64,000 nucleotides of DNA from Thermoanaerobaculia bacterium (GTDB lineage Bacteria > Acidobacteriota > Thermoanaerobaculia > Multivoradales > Multivoraceae): assembly GCA_963664405.1 (NCBI GenBank), contig OY761158.1:3392001-3456000 (forward strand), given 5' to 3'. Below the pieces are notes generated by a model that worked only from the letters and a program-made list of their open reading frames with translations, made no database searches and had not been told where the DNA came from. This document shows positions 56,597-64,000 of this stretch, one piece after another (positions within the stretch are counted from its first letter, which is position 1; every line of letters starts with the position of its first letter). Position numbers and translations under genes: made by a program.

Positions 56597-57202
56597 CTAG
56601 GCTCTCGAGAGTTTCTTGAGACTCAAGCGAAGGAGCTCGGCGAAGGGGGCGCCGTCGGCCGCCTCCTGGCAGGCCATTTCGGCGGCCTGCTCGGCGTTGG
56701 CTTTACGATAGCCGAGGTTTTCCAGCGCGGAGATGAGGTCGTCTTGAGGACTGAGCGCCACTCTGGCAGGCCCTTGACTGTTCTCAGCCAGGAATTTGGC
56801 GGCCGCCTCTTTGAGCTCGAGAATCATCCGCTCGGCGGTCTTCTTGCCCACACCGGGAATCCGCGTCAGGCGGGTCGCATCTTGCTGGGCGAGGGCGTTT
56901 AGCAGGTCTTCCCAACCCATCCCGGACATGATGACCTGGGCTAGACGTGGGCCGATGCCGGATACCGAAATGAGCTTGTCGAAGACCCGCTTCTCCTCTT
57001 CGGTCAGAAAGCCGTAGAGCTCGAGCGCGTCTTCACGCACATGAGTCTTGATGTACAAAGAGACCGAGTCGTTGGGTCCGCTTGCCTCGATCTCGCAATA
57101 GGTCGAGAAAGGAACGTGAATGGCGTAGCCAACGCCGTTGACGTCGAGCAAGATGTTGTCTGGGGCGCTGGCGAGGAGCACACCTTTGAGAAAGCCGATC
57201 AA
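56597..57202 (-). CDS. ruvA: Holliday junction branch migration protein RuvA
   Basis: [38 protein letters not shown]. Confidence 0.96.
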   Translation of the reverse strand: MIGFLKGVLLASAPDNILLDVNGVGYAIHVPFSTYCEIEASGPNDSVSLYIKTHVREDALELYGFLTEEEKRVFDKLISVSGIGPRLAQVIMSGMGWEDLLNALAQQDATRLTRIPGVGKKTAERMILELKEAAAKFLAENSQGPARVALSPQDDLISALENLGYRKANAEQAAEMACQEAADGAPFAELLRLSLKKLSRA

Positions 57203-57227
57203 GCTCGAAGCCTCAGAGGTGTGAGAG

Positions 57228-59195
57228 CTACGAGCTCGCCTCGGCGCCGCCGAGGACGCCAAAGGACTCGAGGAGATCCTGGTTGTAGTGGACCTCCAGC
57301 TCCAATCGGCGCTGCTCGATGAGGGAGAGGAGTAGCGAGTTGAGCCGCTCCTGGGAAAGGCCGTCGCGGGTCTCGCTCTCTTTCTGCGCGAACTCGTCCG
57401 CGTTCCATTCAGTTCTTTCAGCGAGCTGGTAGATCACCGAGCCCTGGGGTGTCTCGTAAGGGCCTCCGACTCCCCCGACCTCGAGCTCGAAGGCCTCGTC
57501 GCTCAGCTCTGGATGGGACCCCAGCTCGGCGATGAAGCCGGAACGGGAGAAGTCGCTGGAGTCCTGGACCTCGAGGCCCAGTTCAGCCGCGAGCTCCGCG
57601 AATGCCAACCCCGCCCGCACTCTCTCGAGCGCTTCCCCAAGGGCCGTTTTCGCGGCCTCCTCTTGCTTGAAGCGCAGAACTGCCTCGCGAAGCTCGGAGT
57701 CGACCTCTTCCATACTCGGGGCTCTCGAGCCCTGGGCTTCGCGCAGCTGGAGAATCGCCCATCCCCTCGAGACCTGGATTGGTTCCGAGGTGGCACCCTC
57801 CTCGAGCCCGAAACTGGTCGTCGTGAAGGGTGTCCCTCTGCCGATGCCGGCGATGTTGTCGTCCCTCGAAAAGGCGGGGGTGGTCGCAAAGGAGGCGCCG
57901 ACTTCCGCTTCGGCTAGGGCGCCGAGACCGGTCTGCCCCTGAAGACCCTCGCTGTCGATCCGAGCTGCGAGGGTCTTGGCGAGAGCTTCGGCGGCACTCT
58001 CCGAGCGCTCGCCGAGGATGCGACTGTGAATTCGCGGTCTCACCGATTCGAAGCCCTGCAGGCCACCCTCGCGGCGCGCCAAGATCTCCACCAGGTGGAC
58101 ACCTGTGTGGGTGATCAGGTTGCTCTCGACCACGAGGAGCTCGCCGGGAGTGCCGGAAAAAGCGGCCTCTTCGAGCTCGGGGTTGAATTGGCCGCGTGTG
58201 AAAAATCCCAGCTCGCCGCCGCGATCGCGAGAGATCTCGTCCTTGGAGAGCTCCTTCGCCAGTGCGCCAAAGTCCTCGCCACCCTCTTCGATACGCTTCT
58301 TCAGGCTCTCAATCTCGGCCCTTGCTGACGCGACCTCGTCCTCTCCCTCCGCGGTGAGCAGGAGATGTCTCGCCCTGACCTGTTCTTCCTGGGTGAACTC
58401 CTCGTTGTTCGCGTCGTAGTAGGCGCGTAAGGCCGCATCGTCGATCTCGATGGTTGGCCGGAGCAGCCTGCCCTCCACGAGTATGTAGTCGACGGTGCGG
58501 CGTTCGGGGATGTGAAAGTCCGCTCGGTGCTCGTCGAAGTACTGCTCGAGATCGCCCTCTTCGATGGCGGCCAGGTCTCGAAAGGTACCCGTCGGAACGC
58601 TCAGGTAACGGATCTTCGCCGTCTCGACCTCGTTTCGGTAGGCATCTTCGACTTCGCTGTCAGCAACGTAGACGGTGTCGCCGAGTACTCCGGTGAGCTT
58701 GTCGATGAGCACCTGGGCGCTGATGTCCTCCTCGAAGTCGGCGACAGCAAAAGAGCTTTGCTGAAGGATCAGGAGGTAGTTCTCTTGACCGATGAAGTGG
58801 CCGTGCTCGTCCTGGAACTCGGGTACTTGGAGTATGGCGTCCTGAATTTCCGTCTGGCTGACCGTGAGCCCCATTCGTCCCGCTTCTTCGACCAGGATTC
58901 GCTGTGCGACCAATGCGTCTAGCGCTGCTACCGCGAGGCCGAGCTGCTGTGCGAGCTCGGCTGAATAGCTTGCTCCATAGACCGCCTGTGCCTGCCGTTC
59001 ACTCAGCTCGTAGCGGCGGCGGAAGGCGCTAAACGAGATCTCGTGGTCGCCAACGGTGACCGCGGTAGCGGTGCTCGCGGGTCCCTGGTAGCCGGCGCCG
59101 CCGAAGTCGACGAAGACAAGCAGCACGAAGGCCGCGATTACCAGCCACAAGATCCAAACCAGCTTCTTAAGATTGTCGCGAAAGGCCTTGAGCAT
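57228..59195 (-). CDS. ppiD: PpiD/SurA-like membrane-anchored peptidyl-prolyl isomerase chaperone
   Basis: N-terminal TM, SurA_N-like domain, parvulin motifs (ARHLL, LSKD..S..GGELG). Confidence 0.8.
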   Translation of the reverse strand: MLKAFRDNLKKLVWILWLVIAAFVLLVFVDFGGAGYQGPASTATAVTVGDHEISFSAFRRRYELSERQAQAVYGASYSAELAQQLGLAVAALDALVAQRILVEEAGRMGLTVSQTEIQDAILQVPEFQDEHGHFIGQENYLLILQQSSFAVADFEEDISAQVLIDKLTGVLGDTVYVADSEVEDAYRNEVETAKIRYLSVPTGTFRDLAAIEEGDLEQYFDEHRADFHIPERRTVDYILVEGRLLRPTIEIDDAALRAYYDANNEEFTQEEQVRARHLLLTAEGEDEVASARAEIESLKKRIEEGGEDFGALAKELSKDEISRDRGGELGFFTRGQFNPELEEAAFSGTPGELLVVESNLITHTGVHLVEILARREGGLQGFESVRPRIHSRILGERSESAAEALAKTLAARIDSEGLQGQTGLGALAEAEVGASFATTPAFSRDDNIAGIGRGTPFTTTSFGLEEGATSEPIQVSRGWAILQLREAQGSRAPSMEEVDSELREAVLRFKQEEAAKTALGEALERVRAGLAFAELAAELGLEVQDSSDFSRSGFIAELGSHPELSDEAFELEVGGVGGPYETPQGSVIYQLAERTEWNADEFAQKESETRDGLSQERLNSLLLSLIEQRRLELEVHYNQDLLESFGVLGGAEASS

Positions 59196-59421
59196 GCTAC
59201 TCCCCGTTACGGCCCGCAGGGCCCTAAGGGCACTACTGTACCAACCTGCAGGGAGTGGCGGCAACTGCTCGACGCCGGCCTCGGTCCGGCCAGAGGCGCC
59301 CCCCGCGAAACGCCGTTGCGCTCCCAGAAAACGCCTTGATGAAGGGCCTGTAACCCCTTTTTTTGAGGGTACTTGTGCTATATTCTCGCTGTTTGACACG
59401 ATCTCGGCGGAGCAGGACCCG

Positions 59422-60843
59422 GTGGCCAAAGCTTTCAAAAAGACCGGTTGGTACAGCGTGTCTGAGGACACCCTCAGAGGCCTGGCCAAGTTGGTTCTGG
59501 GCGTCGGCCTACTGATCGGTGGCTACCAGGCGTACCAGCGTTGGGATGAGTACACCCTCGAACGCCGAGCCAACGAGACCCTGGACCGCGCACGGGTATT
59601 GATGAGAACCCTGAGCTCCGATAGCAACACTACCGGCTATCAGGACGAGCTGTCGAAAGCGTCGCTGCACTTGAGCGAAGCGGAGGACGCCTGGAAGGGT
59701 GGCTCCTACCGCTCAGCCCTGGGAAAAGCACAGATCAGCCGCGGCCTCCTGCTCGACGTCCTGGACTCGATGCAGAATCCGGGGCGCAGAGGCGAGGCTC
59801 GTTTCATCTATATCGAAGGGGTCGTCGAGTACCGACGTGGTGAGACTGGCAGCTTTCGCCGTGCGAGGCCTCGCGATGCCCTCTACGATGGCGACTACGT
59901 TCGCTCGTCGGGGCAGGGGTCGGCAGAGTTGCTCTTCGATAGCGATGGGACCTTATTTACCGTTCGGCCCGGCACGATGCTCAAAGTCCAGCGCCAGCTT
60001 GGCCTCAGCAGTCGGAAACAGCCGGTGCGGATGGAGTACGGCTGGGTAGATCTGCAGACCTCGGGGCGACCGAGCGGAGTCGAGACCGAGTACGCGGCGC
60101 TGCAACTGAATACCGAGTCGGAGGCGACGATCACCTTCGAAGAGCACTCGTCGACAGGCCGTTTCGCGGTGGGTCGGGGGTCGGGAGCGGTCGAGGCGGC
60201 GGAGTCCGGCGACGTCCTACGTCTCGGCGCGCTGAAACAGGTAGTGCAGAAGGAGTCCGAGCTTGGAGCGGCCACGGATCTTCTCGAGCGACCCGACATC
60301 GTATCTCCACCTTCGAATTTCGACCTCAATCTCGATCGTACTCGCGAAGTGGCCCTGTCCTGGGATCGCGTTGACGGTTCCGCCGGCTACCGCTTTCAGG
60401 TCTCCCGCAATCGCCTCTTCGGCGATCCGCTGGTGGACACTAAGCGTGCAAAGACGAACGCGACACTCGGCGTCAATGGACAAGGGAACTTCTATTGGCG
60501 AGTCGCTGCCTACGCGCCCGATGGCAGTCTCGGACCCTGGAGCGCGATGCGAAAGTTTCGAGTGCTTTCGTTCGGCGGTATCGGCTGGAAGGATACAGTG
60601 GCACCCGCACTCGACATCGCCGGGGTCAACGTCAACGGCAATATCGTCATCGTGACTGGCCGAACCGAACCTGGAGTGAGGCTGGAGATAGACGGCCAGC
60701 GCGCCCCGGTTGCCGCCGATGGGGAATTCACGTTGTCGGTAACTCCCGATTCAGAGGGCTTGGTGAACCTGGTTGTGTCTGCCGTTGACGCGTCGGGGAA
60801 TCGCACCTTGAAGACCCGCCAGGTCTTCATCGAGACACTCTAG
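59422..60843 (+). CDS. Membrane-anchored protein with FecR-like, FN3-like and Ig-like domains
   Basis: TM helix, then L..GD.VRS....AEL.F..DGT (FecR-like), W..V.G...Y..QVS...YWRV (FN3-like), and VTGRTEPG...AVDASGN. Confidence 0.7.
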   Translation: MAKAFKKTGWYSVSEDTLRGLAKLVLGVGLLIGGYQAYQRWDEYTLERRANETLDRARVLMRTLSSDSNTTGYQDELSKASLHLSEAEDAWKGGSYRSALGKAQISRGLLLDVLDSMQNPGRRGEARFIYIEGVVEYRRGETGSFRRARPRDALYDGDYVRSSGQGSAELLFDSDGTLFTVRPGTMLKVQRQLGLSSRKQPVRMEYGWVDLQTSGRPSGVETEYAALQLNTESEATITFEEHSSTGRFAVGRGSGAVEAAESGDVLRLGALKQVVQKESELGAATDLLERPDIVSPPSNFDLNLDRTREVALSWDRVDGSAGYRFQVSRNRLFGDPLVDTKRAKTNATLGVNGQGNFYWRVAAYAPDGSLGPWSAMRKFRVLSFGGIGWKDTVAPALDIAGVNVNGNIVIVTGRTEPGVRLEIDGQRAPVAADGEFTLSVTPDSEGLVNLVVSAVDASGNRTLKTRQVFIETL

Positions 60844-60876
60844 CTCGTCCGACGGCACGAGAGATCAGGTACTCAG

Positions 60877-61896
60877 ATGCCGTCCTTCTTCCGACTGTTC
60901 TCCAATGATCTAGCGATCGATCTGGGCACCGCCAATACGCTGGTGTTCGCAAGGGACCGGGGGATCGTGGTGCGTGAGCCATCGGTCGTCGTCTTGAACA
61001 AGAAGACGAACAAGATCGAAGCGGTGGGGAACGAGGCCAAGGAAATGCTGGGTCGCACCCCCGGCAATATCGAATCTGTGCGTCCGATGAAAGACGGAGT
61101 GATCGCCGACTTCGACATGACAGAGAAGATGTTGAAGTACTTTATCCGCCAGGCACACGGGGGTCGGCGCATTCCGGCTCGACCGCGGATCGTGATCGGC
61201 GTTCCGTCGGAAATTACGCCGGTAGAGAAGCGGGCGGTGAGAGAGTCGGCGATGAGTGCGGGCGCCTCGGAGGTGTTCCTCGTCGAGCAGGCGATGATGG
61301 CTGCCATCGGCGCCGGACTGCCTATTACCGAGCCCTCTGGCAATATGGTGGTCGATATCGGCGGGGGTACCACCGACGTCGCCGTCATCTCGCTGTCGGG
61401 GACGGTCTACAGTCGGTCGGTTCGGGTTGCCGGCAATGAGATGGACGAAGCCATCATTCAGTACCTCAAGCGCAAGTACAACCTGCTCATTGGTGAGCGC
61501 ACCTCGGAGCAGATCAAGATCGAGCTGGGCTCTGCGTATCCGCTTAAAGAAGAGCTGACAATGGATATCAAGGGCCGCGACCTCGTTGAGGGAGTTCCCA
61601 AGTCGCTGACGATCCGCGATGCGGAAATTCGCGAAGCCCTCGCCGAGCCGGTGGGGACCATTGTCAAGGTGGTGCGCTGGGCCCTAGAGCGAACGCCGCC
61701 GGAGCTCTCCGCAGACATCATGGACAAAGGAATCGTGCTCAGTGGCGGGGGCGCGTTGCTGCGCAGTCTCGACCAACGGCTTCGTGATGAGACCGGGCTC
61801 CCGGTGGTGACCGCCGAGGATCCGCTGGCGTCTGTCGTCCTCGGTACTGGCCGCCTGCTCGAGGATATTGATCTGCTCCGAAAGGTCTCTCTATGA
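60877..61896 (+). CDS. mreB: Rod shape-determining protein MreB
   Basis: IDLGTAN, EPSVV, DGVIADF, DIGGGTTD, GGGALL. Confidence 0.98.
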   Translation: MPSFFRLFSNDLAIDLGTANTLVFARDRGIVVREPSVVVLNKKTNKIEAVGNEAKEMLGRTPGNIESVRPMKDGVIADFDMTEKMLKYFIRQAHGGRRIPARPRIVIGVPSEITPVEKRAVRESAMSAGASEVFLVEQAMMAAIGAGLPITEPSGNMVVDIGGGTTDVAVISLSGTVYSRSVRVAGNEMDEAIIQYLKRKYNLLIGERTSEQIKIELGSAYPLKEELTMDIKGRDLVEGVPKSLTIRDAEIREALAEPVGTIVKVVRWALERTPPELSADIMDKGIVLSGGGALLRSLDQRLRDETGLPVVTAEDPLASVVLGTGRLLEDIDLLRKVSL

Positions 61897-61921
61897 AGTG
61901 TGCTCAAAGGGGACTGTTCAA

Positions 61922-62764
61922 GTGAAGAAGCGTTGGACGACCCTCGTTTTTCTGGGTCTGCTTCTGGCGCAGCTCGTTCTTCTTTCTTCTCAGGTCCGGC
62001 ACCCGGAGACGGGGAGCACCCAGCTCGAGAGGACGGCGCTGCGGGCAATCGCCCCCCCGGCGAGGCTGTTCAGTGGCTTGCTCGGCGTCGGATCGAGCCT
62101 CTCCGAAAACTTCCGATCTCGTTCTCGCTTGCAGAGCGAAGTTCAGGTTCTGGAGGCTCAACTCCAGACTCTCCAAATGGAGTACGCCCGTTTGCGCTCG
62201 CTCGAGGGCCAAGTCGAGAGACTTTCTAACGCGCTTGGTTACAAGGCTCCCTTCGACGGGCAGCTGCGCCTTGCCGACGTGGTCTACGTCGATCACTCTT
62301 CCTGGCTTCAGACGCTATTTCTCTTTCTTCCGGGTCGTCAAGCATCTGAGAGCAGCCCGGTGACCGCGCCGGAGGGCCTGGTCGGGCGAGTGATCTTGTC
62401 GGAGGGCCCTTATTCGAAGGTGCAGCTGATCACGGATCGGGCCTCGGGCATCGGCGCGATGATCGAGCGCACCAGACGCCAGGGAATCGCTCGCGGCGCC
62501 GGCCGCTCAGGTCTGAGCCTCGAGTACGTGCCGCTACAGGCGGATGTGCAGGTCGGAGACCGAGTGCTCACCTCAGGCACCGACGGTCTCTACCCGCGCG
62601 GCGTGCCGATCGGTTTCGTGGTCGAAGTCGGCCCCGGCACGGAGCTCTTTCACAGCATCCGGCTTGCGCCGGCGGTGGACTTCGGAATGTTGGACCAGGT
62701 CTTCGTGGCGATGGGGGACGCGCTTCCCGGCAAGGCCGCGGCGATTACGAGTGCGAGCCCTTAG
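61922..62764 (+). CDS. mreC: Rod shape-determining protein MreC
   Basis: TM, coiled coil, GLVGRV, VQLITD, GD.VLTSG.DG.YP.G. Confidence 0.93.
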   Translation: MKKRWTTLVFLGLLLAQLVLLSSQVRHPETGSTQLERTALRAIAPPARLFSGLLGVGSSLSENFRSRSRLQSEVQVLEAQLQTLQMEYARLRSLEGQVERLSNALGYKAPFDGQLRLADVVYVDHSSWLQTLFLFLPGRQASESSPVTAPEGLVGRVILSEGPYSKVQLITDRASGIGAMIERTRRQGIARGAGRSGLSLEYVPLQADVQVGDRVLTSGTDGLYPRGVPIGFVVEVGPGTELFHSIRLAPAVDFGMLDQVFVAMGDALPGKAAAITSASP

Positions 62765-63263
62765 GTTCTTAGCCGGGTTGGCGACCGCCCTCTCCGCCCA
62801 CATCCTGCTTGTGGCTCTAGCGCCGGAAGCTGCGCGCTTTGTCGACCCTTTCCTGCTCCTGGTCGCGTTTCACGCGATGGACGGGGCGGTGCTGGCGGGT
62901 GTCCTTGCCGGTGTGGTTTCCGGCCTCTCGGAGGATGCTCTGACAGGTGGTATCTACGGCTTGCATGGATTTGCGGCGACCGTGGTGGGGTACGTCGCGG
63001 CGCGTGCGGCGCGCGTGCTGACTCTTCAGAAGAGCTACTACGTCGGACTCTACTTTGCCTCAGCGGTTCTCGTGCAACAGCTGGTCCTGCAAACCCTCTT
63101 ATTGCTGCTTTGGCAGCGGCCTCAGCTCCCCACGCTCGGCGAGCTTAGTCTCCGAGTCGTGGTGGCCGCCCCTCTCGGCGCCTTGCTGGTCGGGACCGTC
63201 GAACGGTTCAGCGAGAGCTATCGGATCTGGAAGGCGCGCAGACCCCGCGTCTCCCTGGATTAG
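62751..63263 (+). CDS. mreD: Rod shape-determining protein MreD
   Basis: Hydrophobic, with GL.ED.L.G...G motif. Lies between mreC and mrdA. Confidence 0.85.
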   Translation: MRALRFLAGLATALSAHILLVALAPEAARFVDPFLLLVAFHAMDGAVLAGVLAGVVSGLSEDALTGGIYGLHGFAATVVGYVAARAARVLTLQKSYYVGLYFASAVLVQQLVLQTLLLLLWQRPQLPTLGELSLRVVVAAPLGALLVGTVERFSESYRIWKARRPRVSLD

Positions 63264-63313
63264 CATGGGCTCGTAGTGCAACCAGGCATCTCGGGTGTTA
63301 CCGTCGACTAGCG

Positions 63314-64000
63314 ATGATCTCAGGCGAACTAGAACGAAAAGAGCTGATGGCGCTTCGCGCCAGGTATCTCGCCGTTGCTATGGCCCTATTGTTTGGGGTC
63401 GTCATCTCCGGATATTGGTACACGCAAGTCGTCCGCGGGGGCTTCTATCGCGAGCTTTCGGAAAACAACCGGCTTCGCGAGAGGCGGATCCAAGCGCCGC
63501 GTGGGCTGATTCTGGATCGCGAGAATCGACCCATGGTGGAGAACGTCCCTAGCTACCAGCTACTTCTTGATCGGAGCCGGGCGCGAGACCTCGCTCGGAG
63601 CATCGACTTTCTGTCACGATCTATTGGCCAATCTGAAGCGGAGACGCTCGACCGTCTTGGCCGGGCCGCCGGTATGCCTTCATTCACCCCTGTTCTGGTG
63701 GCCGAGGATCTGACCTTCGAGCAGGTGGCGAGACTGGAGGCGGCCGCGCTCGAGCACCCCGAGCTCGAGATCGAAGTGCGACAGCGGCGCTTCTATCGCC
63801 ATGCCACGCAGACAGCCCACGTCGTCGGGCACCTGGGCGAGGCTACCCCTGAAATCATCGCTCGCCGGCCGAATCTCAAGGCTGGTGATCTGGTGGGGGT
63901 CAAGGGTATCGAGCAGGCCTATGACTCTCTGTTGCGGGGTCAGGATGGCCGGCAAGTGGTCGTGGTGGACAGCCGCGGCAAGCTGGTTCGTGAGCATCTC
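63314..64000 (+). CDS. mrdA: Penicillin-binding protein 2 (truncated by window end; not in ORF track)
   Basis: Manual translation: TM, then QVVRGGFYRELSENNR...APRGLILDR, RRFY...AHVVG, G..GIEQAYD..LRG. Confidence 0.92.
   Translation, partial: MISGELERKELMALRARYLAVAMALLFGVVISGYWYTQVVRGGFYRELSENNRLRERRIQAPRGLILDRENRPMVENVPSYQLLLDRSRARDLARSIDFLSRSIGQSEAETLDRLGRAAGMPSFTPVLVAEDLTFEQVARLEAAALEHPELEIEVRQRRFYRHATQTAHVVGHLGEATPEIIARRPNLKAGDLVGVKGIEQAYDSLLRGQDGRQVVVVDSRGKLVREHL

Overview
This is a GC-rich bacterial chromosomal segment spanning the replication origin; Acidobacteriota is my inference from gene content, not confirmed. It holds parB-parA-rsmG-jag-yidC-yidD-rnpA-rpmH with two parS sites, two tRNA-Ser, tadA, SRP RNA, dnaX-ybaB-recR, mutY, dnaA-[oriC with DnaA boxes and DnaA-trios]-dnaN-recF-gyrB-gyrA-tal, gltBD with a LysR regulator, thrABC, ruvAB, ppiD and mreBCD-mrdA. 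It also has mtnA, a trans-sulfuration enzyme, comEA plus a FimT/GspH-like pilin, tandem lepB genes and pyrK-pyrD. No transposase, integrase, phage gene or CRISPR array is visible. The main unexplained signal is a set of non-coding CTAG-bounded hairpin elements. Family A (~165 bp) is at 4550, 28796, 40069 and truncated at 11623. Family B (~90 bp) is at 11680, 11758 and 56491, with a related end at 1079. Family A copies fold end to end, show compensatory substitutions and strand-biased G-T pairs, and keep a shared core under different terminal arms. Four of the six insertion loci use a gene's TAG stop codon as a CTAG boundary. Other notable items are a duplicated parS/rsmG start, non-canonical DnaA boxes with a divergent DnaA recognition motif, srsB/srsC-like genes lacking the type III PKS, a likely dead alkaline-phosphatase-fold protein, and a FecR-domain gene heading the mre operon.
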